A stretch of 64,000 nucleotides of DNA from Candidatus Omnitrophota bacterium (lineage in GTDB: Bacteria; Omnitrophota; Gorgyraeia; Zapsychrales; Fredricksoniimonadaceae). Each line of letters starts with the position of its first letter. Position 1 is the first letter of the stretch. Where the stretch lies: the NCBI GenBank assembly GCA_015233335.1, contig JADFXX010000008.1:11798-75797 (forward strand), read 5' to 3'. Of the stretch, positions 1 through 9,040 are shown one piece after another. The position numbers and the translations under genes are program-made. The notes under the pieces are model-generated. The model saw only the letters and a list, made by a program, of their open reading frames with translations. It was not told the origin of the DNA and searched no databases.

Positions 1-1
1 G

Positions 2-304
2 ACAGCAGAGTTTGAGGCCCAAGCACGAGGGGAGAAGACTTTGGCAGTCAATATGCCGTGTCTTTCTAAGAACGGGACAACGTTTTATGCTGATATCAGC
101 ACCGCTGTTTTGACATTGGATGGCAAGTCGTGCCTTATAGGCTTTTTTACTGATGTTACCAAGCGCAAAGAAGCAGAAGATATATTGTATAAGCAGACGC
201 GTGAACTAAAGATTTTTTATGATTCCTGCATGGGCAGGGAAGAGCGCATCTTAGAGTTAAAAAATGAACTTGCGAAGTTGAGGGCTGAGTTGGGAAGGTC
301 ATAA
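2..304 (+). CDS. PAS/PAC-domain protein, C-terminal part (5' truncated by window)
   Basis: Frame open from base 2; PAC-like motif (KNGTTFYADIS...GFFTDVTKRK) followed by coiled-coil tail MGREERILELKNEL. Confidence 0.75.
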   Translation, partial: TAEFEAQARGEKTLAVNMPCLSKNGTTFYADISTAVLTLDGKSCLIGFFTDVTKRKEAEDILYKQTRELKIFYDSCMGREERILELKNELAKLRAELGRS

Positions 305-314
305 AAGAGCGCAA

Positions 315-533
315 ATGGGAAATAAAGAACCTCAAAACTGTTGGGAATTCAGGGACTGCCCAGAAGAAATTAGGATAAAATGCCCTGGGTTTATTTATCC
401 GGATGAGAAATGCTGGATGATTGCAAGTCATGTTAGCGGAAAATGGTGTCCAAAGGCAAAGGGCAAAGGGATTATGTATTGTGTAGAGGATTGTGGGTGG
501 TATAAGAAATTTAATCCGAAGGCCAATCCATAG
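315..533 (+). CDS. Small Cys-rich two-CW-type protein
   Basis: NCWEFRDC...CP...CW motif plus further C-terminal Cys residues; starts 10 nt after the upstream gene. Confidence 0.65.
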   Translation: MGNKEPQNCWEFRDCPEEIRIKCPGFIYPDEKCWMIASHVSGKWCPKAKGKGIMYCVEDCGWYKKFNPKANP

Positions 534-614
534 CCGAATAAGCCGATACATAAAGTAAAGCATAGATGAGGAAGTCAAGAAGGCCGCCCGGATTAAGTTA
601 AACGCTCCGTTAAA

Positions 615-1502
615 TTGATCAGCGCTATTTTTATGCTTAAAACGGTAAGTCTGCGTCATAAAACATGTGCTATTTGCGGTGATTTGGTATGGACCCATCG
701 CGCCAAATATTGCCAAAGGTGCTCCGTTTTTACTCGCCGTTTACAGCGTCTTTCGCGCAAGGCTGCCAGGGCTATTCTGCGCTATGTCCATAAAAATGGC
801 TTTATCTGTTACTACACCAGGATGCCGCTTGAGATGTTTGATACGCACAGCCCCTGGTACTGCGTTTTCGATCACTGGATCCCGCATGATCCGCGTAAGG
901 TGGTGATCACATCCTCCTTGATCAACGACATGAAATCCGACCTTAGTGAAGACGAGTTTTGGTATTATGTGATTGCCTTGGCTAATAATAAGTTAAACCA
1001 TATCAAGGTTAGAGAAAAGACCCTCAAATATTGGGACAGGGATTATAGCCCCAAGGCGCTTTACCCCGATGGGTGGGAGGGTCCTACGTATGGCCCGGTG
1101 TGCAACGGCCGATGCCATATTTGCGGCAAGCGGATATTGGGCGACCATTTAAGGTATTGCCGTCCGTGCGCCATATTGGCCCACCGCATTCATATAGAGC
1201 ATGTGCTGCCGGAGGTGAAAATAAAGCTATGGGCGTATATACGTAAAAACGGCTGTGTCTGTTATTATACCGGCATGCGCCTGGAATTGGACGACCCTAG
1301 AAGCCCCTGGTATTGTGTGTTCGATCATTGTAATCCCCATGATCCCAGAAAGCTTGTCATCACCTCGGCGCTGATCAATGAAATGAAATCGGATCTCTCG
1401 GAAAGCGAATTCTGGTATTACATCAAAGCGCTTGCCGACTATAAACTTCATGGCACCAGGATCCGCAGGAAAATGCTCGTCTTCTGGTATCGTTTAAGTT
1501 AA
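615..1502 (+). CDS. Internally duplicated Zn-finger + HNH-like nuclease-domain protein (start may be ATG 633)
   Basis: Two copies of CxxC-x10-CxxC ... CYYT ... FDH-x2-PHDPRK.VITS.LIN.MKSD. Confidence 0.6.
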   Translation: MISAIFMLKTVSLRHKTCAICGDLVWTHRAKYCQRCSVFTRRLQRLSRKAARAILRYVHKNGFICYYTRMPLEMFDTHSPWYCVFDHWIPHDPRKVVITSSLINDMKSDLSEDEFWYYVIALANNKLNHIKVREKTLKYWDRDYSPKALYPDGWEGPTYGPVCNGRCHICGKRILGDHLRYCRPCAILAHRIHIEHVLPEVKIKLWAYIRKNGCVCYYTGMRLELDDPRSPWYCVFDHCNPHDPRKLVITSALINEMKSDLSESEFWYYIKALADYKLHGTRIRRKMLVFWYRLS

Positions 1503-1521
1503 CCTCATTAAGGTAAACTGA

Positions 1522-1549
1522 TTGACAGCAAGATTTGTAAGAATAAAAT
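1522..1549 (+). promoter_or_regulatory. sigma70-type promoter for the AsmA-family gene
   Basis: TTGACA-16-TAAAAT, then AGGAG RBS before ATG 1574. Confidence 0.5.
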
Positions 1550-1573
1550 ATTTCGATAAAGGAGAACGGTAAT

Positions 1574-3493
1574 ATGAAAATTTTAAGAGTTATTTTTTTC
1601 GTTGTTTTGGGGCTAGTTATTCTTATTTCATTGGCCGCATTCATTTTTATCAAGACTTTTGATGTTAACAAGTATCTTCCACAGGTTGCTCAACAAGTAG
1701 GTAAAGCCATTAACCGGCAAGTTAACATAGGGCATGCGAATTTAGAGCTTGCTCTGTTCAAGGGGATTTCTTTAGAATTAAGAAATATAACCATTAAAGA
1801 TGATCAAGAATTCAGTCGCAACAATTTTTTAACATTGGACACCGCTTATGTCGGTCTGGACGTGGGAGCGCTCATCCAAAAGCGGCAGATTAGTGTGACT
1901 GACATCATTCTAACTACCCTTCAAATATCCATTGTCCGGCTGCCCAATGGGGCCATTAATGCCCAGACCATGGCTCCTGCTCCATCAAGGGCAGGGGAGG
2001 CGTCAACGGCGAGCCCTGCTGTTCTTCCGGCCTCAAATTCCGCATCAAACCAAACGATGATGCTGCCTGTTTTATCGGTTAGGTCTATTTCCATCAAGCA
2101 TGCCCAACTGTCGTTTGAAGATCAAAATAAACAGATGCCTTTGCATGTCTTGATCAAGGATGTTGATATTCAGATCAATAACTTCTCTTTAAATGATCCA
2201 TTTGACTTTACCGTAAGTGCAAATGTTTTGGCCCAAGAAGGTCAAAAGAATATTCTTGTTGCCGGGCACTGTTTTCTTGATCTAACAAAAACTGCAGTCC
2301 GCATCAGCAATCTTCAAGTTAAAAGTGATTTAAGCCAATGGGACTGGGCTCTCGTCAGAAACATTACTCCCATGCTTCAAGCCTTGCCGGTTTGGCCTCA
2401 AACGATCAAAGGCAATATTTTAATAGGGATCCCCAGCGCAAGCGCTTCTCAAAAAGGTTTGGAAGGGCTATCGCTTCAAATAGGATTGACCGATGGGTAT
2501 GTGAAAATCAAAGAATTATTAAATCCTATTGAACAGATCAGTCTTCAAGCTGAATCAGACCTAAACAGCGTTTCTCTTAAGCGATTGGAAGCGCATATAG
2601 GAAGCGGCCAAATCAATGCTCAAGCTGATTTGAAAGATCTTTTAAATGTGCCCGGCTACACATTCGAGTTTCAGAGTAAATCCGTTAAAGTAGAAGATCT
2701 CTTAGATCAAAGCAATGCCCCTTATGTTTTAAAAGGGGAAGTGGTCGGCCAATTTTCCGGTTCAGGAAAAAGTTTTGAACCCCAATCCATGCTTAATAAT
2801 ATTAAAGGAGAGGGCGATATTGCTTTAAATAACGCAAAAGTGGAAAAGCTTAATATTTTAAAAGTCATCTTGGATAAATTAAATTTTATTCCGGGAAATA
2901 TCATTCAAAGTGCCCTTGAAGGGGCATTGCCGTCAAATATAAAGACACAACTGGATACAGATACGACAATATTAGATAAACTACAAAGTAAGATTAAAGT
3001 TGAAAACAAGGTCATTTCTCTTTCTGATGCGCAGGTCAATTCAAAACTGTTTTCCATGGCAGCAGAGGGGACAATTGATTTTGATTTAAATACCAATATC
3101 ACAGTGAATGTTTCTCTGTCGTCTGATATTTCAGCATCATTGGCTAAATCGGCCAGTCCCTTGAAAGGGCTTTTTAATGATCAAAATTGCATCTACATTC
3201 CCGGGAAAGTCTCAGGAAAGGCTCCTTCAGTCAGCTATCTGCCGCAGATCGATTATATAACCAAGAAAGTGGCGGTTTCTGAAGGGACCCAGCAAATCAC
3301 GCAGCAATTACAAAAAGTTTTTGACAAGAATCCCGGTGTGAAAAATTTATTGAATTCGATCTTACCCGGAAATTCCGAAAATACGAATTCAGATAATGGC
3401 ACTGCCCAATCTGACCAATCAACAAATAACCAAAACCAGGAAGATCCCTCTAAGAAATTAATTAACGGATTTTTAGGCAAAATTCTTCATTGA
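1574..3493 (+). CDS. AsmA-family protein
   Basis: N-terminal TM segment, FDVNKY...GRQV.IG pattern, beta-rich body and AsmA-like C-terminus. Confidence 0.8.
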   Translation: MKILRVIFFVVLGLVILISLAAFIFIKTFDVNKYLPQVAQQVGKAINRQVNIGHANLELALFKGISLELRNITIKDDQEFSRNNFLTLDTAYVGLDVGALIQKRQISVTDIILTTLQISIVRLPNGAINAQTMAPAPSRAGEASTASPAVLPASNSASNQTMMLPVLSVRSISIKHAQLSFEDQNKQMPLHVLIKDVDIQINNFSLNDPFDFTVSANVLAQEGQKNILVAGHCFLDLTKTAVRISNLQVKSDLSQWDWALVRNITPMLQALPVWPQTIKGNILIGIPSASASQKGLEGLSLQIGLTDGYVKIKELLNPIEQISLQAESDLNSVSLKRLEAHIGSGQINAQADLKDLLNVPGYTFEFQSKSVKVEDLLDQSNAPYVLKGEVVGQFSGSGKSFEPQSMLNNIKGEGDIALNNAKVEKLNILKVILDKLNFIPGNIIQSALEGALPSNIKTQLDTDTTILDKLQSKIKVENKVISLSDAQVNSKLFSMAAEGTIDFDLNTNITVNVSLSSDISASLAKSASPLKGLFNDQNCIYIPGKVSGKAPSVSYLPQIDYITKKVAVSEGTQQITQQLQKVFDKNPGVKNLLNSILPGNSENTNSDNGTAQSDQSTNNQNQEDPSKKLINGFLGKILH

Positions 3494-3593
3494 TCAACCA
3501 AAGTTTTGCGCCATGATCCTTTTTTATAAATGGAGGAGATTGTTTGACTATCTTCTGTTACAATTATAGAAGAATTAAAAGACAGGAGAGGTT

Positions 3594-3773
3594 ATGAGAA
3601 TCAGAATTTTTATATTCTTGATCTTAGGAGTCGGTGTCGCAGGTGCTTGTTTTGCCCAGTCCAGAGAACCTTCCATGGGAAGTGAGTCTTCATCGACCGG
3701 TGTCTGGCCTTCAGCGCAAAGCGAGTCTTCGGTGGGTGGGTATGGATCCGGTGACCACGGGAATGTTTCTTAA
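3594..3773 (+). CDS. Small exported protein, 59 aa (below the ORF-track cutoff)
   Basis: AGGAGAGG RBS; MRIRIFIFLILGVGVAGACFA-Q signal peptide; stop codon abuts the next ATG. Confidence 0.6.
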   Translation: MRIRIFIFLILGVGVAGACFAQSREPSMGSESSSTGVWPSAQSESSVGGYGSGDHGNVS

Positions 3774-4826
3774 ATGATATCTCATTTATTTGATCCAATT
3801 AAGATAGGGGATATCAATGTTCCCAACCGCATCATCATGGCGCCTCTCACTCGCTGCCGGGCGTCCGAAGGGCGTATCCCTAATGCGATGATGGCAGAGT
3901 ATTATGCTCAGCGTGCCTCAGCGGGTTTGATTATCAGTGAAGCGACATCAGTGACACCTATGGGAGTGGGTTATCCCGACACACCGGGGGTTTGGTCCCG
4001 TGAGCAGGTTGAGGGCTGGAAATTAGTAACCCATGCTGTTCATTGTGCAGGCGGTCGAATATTCCTTCAGCTTTGGCATGTGGGTCGGATTTCTGATCCT
4101 GTTTATCTTAATGGCGAACTTCCGGTAGCTCCAAGCGCAATAGCTCCTGCCGGTCATGTCAGTTTACTGCGCCCTAAGAAACCATATGTGACGCCGCGGG
4201 CCCTCGAATTAAGTGAAATTCCGGCAATTATCGAGGCCTATCGCAAGGGTGCCCAAAATGCAAAAGACGCGGGGTTTGACGGCGTTGAGGTCCATGGGGC
4301 CAACGGATATCTTCTGGATCAATTTTTACAGGATGGAACAAACAAAAGAACAGATCGTTATGGCGGCAATATTGAAAATCGCGCACGGCTTATGCTAGAG
4401 GTTCTCGATGCTGTCCTTTCAGTCTGGCCTGCCGGACGTGTTGGTATGCATTTAGCTCCCCGCGGGGATTCTAATGATATCAAGGATTCTAATCCCTCAG
4501 CAACCTTTGGGTATGTGGCCCGTGAGCTAGGCCAACGGCACCTTGCTTTTATCTGTACAAGGGAGTCTCTGGGTGAAAAACGGCTCTCTCCTTCCTTGAA
4601 AAAGGCTTTTGGCGGGTGTTTTATTGCCAATGAGGGCTTTAATCAAAAAACAGCAGAAGCGGAAATTGTCTTGGGGCAAGCCGATGCTGTTGCCTTTGGT
4701 CAGCTTTTTCTTGCTAATCCTGATCTTCCAGCCCGGTTTCTTTCCCAAGCAGCTTTAAACGTTGGCGATCCCCAAACTTTTTATGGATCCGGACCAAAAG
4801 GGTATATCGATTATCCCAGTTTATGA
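3774..4826 (+). CDS. nemA: Old-yellow-enzyme family alkene reductase (NemA/XenB-like)
   Basis: MAPLTRCRA, QLWHVGRIS, HGANGYLLDQFL motifs. Confidence 0.9.
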   Translation: MISHLFDPIKIGDINVPNRIIMAPLTRCRASEGRIPNAMMAEYYAQRASAGLIISEATSVTPMGVGYPDTPGVWSREQVEGWKLVTHAVHCAGGRIFLQLWHVGRISDPVYLNGELPVAPSAIAPAGHVSLLRPKKPYVTPRALELSEIPAIIEAYRKGAQNAKDAGFDGVEVHGANGYLLDQFLQDGTNKRTDRYGGNIENRARLMLEVLDAVLSVWPAGRVGMHLAPRGDSNDIKDSNPSATFGYVARELGQRHLAFICTRESLGEKRLSPSLKKAFGGCFIANEGFNQKTAEAEIVLGQADAVAFGQLFLANPDLPARFLSQAALNVGDPQTFYGSGPKGYIDYPSL

Positions 4827-4858
4827 GTGTCCGGCCTCGAAGTAATCAAAGGATTAAT

Positions 4859-5230
4859 TTAGGTTTGAGAGTAGGTGGCTTTATATTCTTCCTGAGTCAT
4901 GGATTGATGCAGATAATCACGAAGCAAGTTGCGTTTTTCAGAAGGCAGATCTAAGAATTCTAAACCCACGTCATACCGGTATCGGCTGTTATTGTCTCGA
5001 TCAGAGATCCTGACCACACGGGCCGTTGTCTTGATAAAATTCTTAAATTCATGCAGGCGAATGCCCACCTCGAGCAGTGAATTAATGGGAAAATAAAGGT
5101 TTAACGGGATACAGATGCCCGTTTCAGAAATGTCCTTAATCCGCGATCCGCTGATCAAATTGCTTTTCATCTTGCGGAAAGAGACATTCAAGCTCACATT
5201 CCGGCGGTCACTCTTTCTTTTATTCTGCAT
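4859..5230 (-). CDS. PilZ-domain protein
   Basis: RxxxR (KRKSDRR) and DISETG c-di-GMP-binding motifs. Confidence 0.85.
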   Translation of the reverse strand: MQNKRKSDRRNVSLNVSFRKMKSNLISGSRIKDISETGICIPLNLYFPINSLLEVGIRLHEFKNFIKTTARVVRISDRDNNSRYRYDVGLEFLDLPSEKRNLLRDYLHQSMTQEEYKATYSQT

Positions 5231-5235
5231 ACTAA

Positions 5236-5290
5236 ACTATAACATGCCTAAAGGAAAATTGCAAATTGGCAGCCAAAGAATTGGCAGCCA
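5236..5290 (-). promoter_or_regulatory. Extended -10 promoter for the PilZ gene (probably leaderless), with an upstream 12-bp direct repeat
   Basis: TTGCAA-17-TATAGT with TG extension, 5 nt before ATG; AATTGGCAGCCA twice at 5264-5275 and 5279-5290. Confidence 0.6.
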
Positions 5291-5305
5291 GAGGATCTTG
5301 ACTTT

Positions 5306-5647
5306 TTATCCTATGGCCTCTGTTCCGCGATCTCCGGTACGGATCCGGATACATTCCTTAAGGTCCAGTACAAAGATCTTGCCATCCCCGGTTTTACCGG
5401 TTTTTGCGCCTTTAATAATGGCATTGATGGTAGGTTCAACGAAATTTTCATTGACCGCGATCTCCAAACGTACTTTTCTTAAGAGATTACCTGTCTCTTT
5501 GACCCCGCGATAATACTCGGTGACGCCTTTTTGCCGGCCATGACCCAGCACTTCGCTGACCGTAATCAAGTGGACTTGGGCCGCGTACAAGGCCTGTTTA
5601 ACTTCTTCCAAACGGTAAGGTTGAATAATGGCAACAATGAGTTTCAT
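5306..5647 (-). CDS. glnK: P-II nitrogen regulator
   Basis: GHGRQKG...YRG T-loop and GDGKIFV; adjacent to amtB. Confidence 0.93.
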   Translation of the reverse strand: MKLIVAIIQPYRLEEVKQALYAAQVHLITVSEVLGHGRQKGVTEYYRGVKETGNLLRKVRLEIAVNENFVEPTINAIIKGAKTGKTGDGKIFVLDLKECIRIRTGDRGTEAIG

Positions 5648-5658
5648 GATCGCTCCTT

Positions 5659-6897
5659 TTATTCTAGAATGGTATAGGCATGTTCACGATGCTGACTTAG
5701 ATCGACCCCGATGCTTTCTTCCTGTTCATTGATCCTCACACCTAAAAAGATGTCGATGAATTTGTAGATCAAGAATGTGACTATGACAGTGTATAGGGCA
5801 GCTATCAGGACAGCGGTCGCCTGTGTAAGCAAAAAATGCGGGTTGCCGAAGAATAACCCATCAGCGCCCTGAGGGTTAACGGCTTTTGAAGCAAAAAGCC
5901 CAACACAGATAGTCCCCAAGATCCCGCCTACGCCATGTACACCAAAAACGTCCAGTGAGTCGTCATACCCATATTTAGGTTTAACAACGGCAACGGCGAT
6001 AAAGCAGAGAATGCTGGCAAGGATACCGATCAGCATGGCCGAACCTATCCCGACATAACCGGCACCCGGTGTGACGGTCGCAAGGCCTGCCACACAGCCT
6101 GTGATAATGCCGAATACGGTCGGTCTGCCGTTACGGATCCATTCGAGCAAAGACCAAGTAATGCCTGCTGTAGCGGCGGCGGTGTTGGTCGTGATAAAAG
6201 CATTGACAGCGATTTCATTGACCCCTAAAGCGCTGCCGGCATTAAATCCGAACCATCCAAACCACAATAATCCCGTACCTAATACAACCAGCGGCAGATT
6301 ATGGGGCGCCGGAGAGTGGTTGAGGTTTTTACGTTTGCCGATGATGATTGTAGTGACCAATGCGGCCACTCCGGCGGTGGTGTGAACGACGATGCCTCCG
6401 GCAAAGTCCAAGACGCCCATTTGTTTAAGCCATCCGCCGCTTCCCCATACCCAATGGCATATAGGAGCATAAACAAAGGTGGCCCAAAGCAGGGTAAAGA
6501 TGAGATAAGCGGAAAATTTCATTCTTTCCGCAAAAGCTCCGATAATAAGAGCAGGTGTAATAACCGCAAACATGGCTTGGAAGATCATAAAAACCCTATT
6601 GGGAATGGTTGAGGAATAATCAGGCATAGGGGCATATCCTACGTTTTTTAATCCTAACCAGCCTAGTCCGCCCCAGAACCCGTTGCTTGGGGCAAAGGAG
6701 AGGCTGTAGCCTATCATGATCCACCACACGTTTAAAATACACATGGCAGCAAAACACTGCATAAGCACGCCTAAAATGTTTTTACGGCGGACCATGCCTC
6801 CGTAGAATAGCGCCAAACCCGGTGTCATCAGCATGACCAGAGCCGCAGATATCAGTACAAATAATGTATCGACCGTGTTAACAGGAAGACCGTTCAT
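5659..6897 (-). CDS. amtB: Ammonium transporter
   Basis: [36 protein letters not shown]; start placed at ATG 6897 after GAAGGAG. Confidence 0.95.
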   Translation of the reverse strand: MNGLPVNTVDTLFVLISAALVMLMTPGLALFYGGMVRRKNILGVLMQCFAAMCILNVWWIMIGYSLSFAPSNGFWGGLGWLGLKNVGYAPMPDYSSTIPNRVFMIFQAMFAVITPALIIGAFAERMKFSAYLIFTLLWATFVYAPICHWVWGSGGWLKQMGVLDFAGGIVVHTTAGVAALVTTIIIGKRKNLNHSPAPHNLPLVVLGTGLLWFGWFGFNAGSALGVNEIAVNAFITTNTAAATAGITWSLLEWIRNGRPTVFGIITGCVAGLATVTPGAGYVGIGSAMLIGILASILCFIAVAVVKPKYGYDDSLDVFGVHGVGGILGTICVGLFASKAVNPQGADGLFFGNPHFLLTQATAVLIAALYTVIVTFLIYKFIDIFLGVRINEQEESIGVDLSQHREHAYTILE

Positions 6898-6925
6898 ATC
6901 ATCTCCTTCGTCATTTAATCTAGGT

Positions 6926-6958
6926 AAAAGAGAAGTCTCCACCAATTTCTATGGAGAC
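6926..6958 (-). terminator. Intrinsic terminator/attenuator in the amtB leader
   Basis: Minus strand GTCTCCA-10nt-TGGAGAC followed by TTCTCTTTT. Confidence 0.65.
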
Positions 6959-6965
6959 ATTGCGG

Positions 6966-7016
6966 GGACGCTTCAATGCGTTCCTAAGGAAGTGCCAGGC
7001 ACGTCAATGCGCCCGG
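6966..7016 (-). promoter_or_regulatory. ANTAR-type dual-hairpin RNA element
   Basis: Two stems with hexaloops AUUGAC and AUUGAA (A1/G4) upstream of the terminator. Confidence 0.75.
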
Positions 7017-7051
7017 TAATCCAAGAATCATACTGTTGATTTATGTGAAAG

Positions 7052-7075
7052 AAAATACGTATAATTACGTATTTT
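7052..7075. promoter_or_regulatory. Perfect palindrome, candidate operator
   Basis: AAAATACGTA-TAAT-TACGTATTTT in the divergent intergenic region. Confidence 0.5.
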
Positions 7076-7189
7076 TATCAGTAGTCGGTAAAGATAGGCG
7101 TAATTTTCAAAATCTAATGCAACGTTAGACCAATTTTCTGCTATAATAAGAAAAATTTAAGTGCTTATAATTCAAGAAGGGGTGTTTCA

Positions 7190-7651
7190 ATGAAAAGATC
7201 ATTTAGAATGTTTCCTGTGATCATGTTCCTGTCAGTTACTTGGGGTTGTAACCCTTATAATAATACGGGTGAAGGAGCGGCTGCGGGAGGAGCTCTTGGT
7301 GCGCTAGCCGGAGGCATTATAGGCCATCAAAGTCATGATACAGGAGCCGGCATGTTAATTGGCGGGGCTGTCGGAGCCATCACCGGGGCGGCGGTCGGAT
7401 CTCAAATTCAAAAACCTGTCTATGAACAGCCTTCTCCCGTTATTGTTGCCCAGCCTGCAGGCGTTGTCGTGGCCCAACCTCCGTCAGAAATTGATACGCA
7501 AGACTCAGTGACCGTTAATGTTCCCAATAGTAACGGGTCATACACGGCGGTTGTGCTCAAAAGGACAGGCAACGGATTTGTGGGCCCTCAAGGGGAGTTT
7601 TATACCCAAGTGCCGAGCACCCAGCAGTTAAAACTCATGTACGGGACGTAA
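7190..7651 (+). CDS. Glycine-zipper lipoprotein
   Basis: Lipobox-like TWGC; GAAAGGALGALAGGIIG...GGAVGAITGAAVG. Confidence 0.8.
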   Translation: MKRSFRMFPVIMFLSVTWGCNPYNNTGEGAAAGGALGALAGGIIGHQSHDTGAGMLIGGAVGAITGAAVGSQIQKPVYEQPSPVIVAQPAGVVVAQPPSEIDTQDSVTVNVPNSNGSYTAVVLKRTGNGFVGPQGEFYTQVPSTQQLKLMYGT

Positions 7652-7655
7652 TCTC

Positions 7656-8603
7656 TTGCCTCGCAGAACCATATATACACGATTTTTTAAAAATCTTCAA
7701 AGCCGATTGATGAGTGGGGCTCTTAGATTTTTAGAATGCGTCATGAGGGTAATACCCCGAAGGCTGATTGATTTTTTTATGGAGGGTCTGCTTTTTTTTG
7801 TTTATATGTGGACCAAGAATATCAAACAGATTTGTGTAAGAAACTTACAGTTGGTTTATCGGGACTCCAAAGATAAAAAAGAATATGAACAAATTGCCAG
7901 ACAATACATTAAGTCCATTGGCGTTGGCATGATGGACCTTCTATACTATGTCCAACGGCCCCACCAATTGCTTAAGATCGTGCATTTTGAATGTGAAAAT
8001 AATCTCAAAAAGGCGCTTGAGTCTGGCCGCGGAGTGATTGCTGTTTCCGCCCATTTAGGCAATTTTCCTCTGATGTTCGTTTCGCTGGTCCAAAAAGGGT
8101 ATAAGGTCAATGTGATCATCCGCAACATGAGGGATGAGAATTTTGGCCGGTTCATTCATCAGCTTTGTGATCGCTGTGGCATCAATATGATTACGACTAC
8201 TCCTCCAAAACAATTCCTCAAGAAAAGTTTAGAGGCCTTAAAGCGTAACGAGCTTTTATTTATTTTGCTTGATGAGGCCGTTGAGCAGGAAAATGCTGTT
8301 AAGGTCAATTTTCTTAACCGTGAGGCCATGAGAGCGACAGGCCCGATTTTATTCTTTGAACGAACAAGGTCCCCCGTTTTACCGATGTTCATCGTAAAAG
8401 ATGAGAAAAAACATTTTAAGATTTTTATTGAACAACCTTTTGAGACAGACAAGGGAAAGAACGCGCAGGAAAGTATTGTCAATAATATTACAGGTTTAAG
8501 TCGTATAATTGAGCATTTTGTCATTCAATATCCTTACCAGTGGGGTGGTTGGTTTAATAAAAGATGGTCGTTGGATGCAAAATTTATCGCCCAAAGCTTG
8601 TAA
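7656..8603 (+). CDS. Lysophospholipid/lipid A acyltransferase (LpxL/HtrB family); start uncertain
   Basis: GRGVIAVSAHLGNF and YPYQW motifs. Confidence 0.8.
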   Translation: MPRRTIYTRFFKNLQSRLMSGALRFLECVMRVIPRRLIDFFMEGLLFFVYMWTKNIKQICVRNLQLVYRDSKDKKEYEQIARQYIKSIGVGMMDLLYYVQRPHQLLKIVHFECENNLKKALESGRGVIAVSAHLGNFPLMFVSLVQKGYKVNVIIRNMRDENFGRFIHQLCDRCGINMITTTPPKQFLKKSLEALKRNELLFILLDEAVEQENAVKVNFLNREAMRATGPILFFERTRSPVLPMFIVKDEKKHFKIFIEQPFETDKGKNAQESIVNNITGLSRIIEHFVIQYPYQWGGWFNKRWSLDAKFIAQSL

Positions 8604-8668
8604 ATAAATGAGTTGTGTCTTATAATTTTTAAACAAACAGTAATCTTATTTTAAAAAGGAGATTAAGC

Positions 8669-9037
8669 ATGGAGAATAAGAAAAAAATTGACCCTTTATT
8701 CGGAGTAGTTGTCATCGCTTTGCTTGTGGCTATTATTTTTTTGGTCGGTGATCTGAACTCCAAGATGTTCAATGACGAGAAAGAATATAGGGCCAATTTA
8801 GGAGCTCTCATAAAAATAAAGAATGAAAAGATACAAATTTTGTCGAGGCAATTAGCCCAAAAACAGGGTGAATATGATAGTTTGCAGAAAACATTGCTAG
8901 AGACAAGAAACAACCTTGAACTTTTAAGCAAGAAATTGACTGATCTAAGTACGCCTCCTGCAGCAGTTCCTGCGGCTGCCCCTGTAGCAGCTCCAGAAGC
9001 TGCTCCTGCAGCTGTTCCCCAAGCCGCAGCAAAATAA
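8669..9037 (+). CDS. Membrane-anchored coiled-coil protein with Ala/Pro-rich tail
   Basis: AAGGAG RBS, N-terminal TM segment, PAAVPAAAP repeats. Confidence 0.7.
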   Translation: MENKKKIDPLFGVVVIALLVAIIFLVGDLNSKMFNDEKEYRANLGALIKIKNEKIQILSRQLAQKQGEYDSLQKTLLETRNNLELLSKKLTDLSTPPAAVPAAAPVAAPEAAPAAVPQAAAK

Positions 9038-9040
9038 AGA

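Noticed and set aside
156-716. 186-aa minus-strand ORF
   Set aside because: Overlaps three plausible plus-strand genes and has no recognisable domain.
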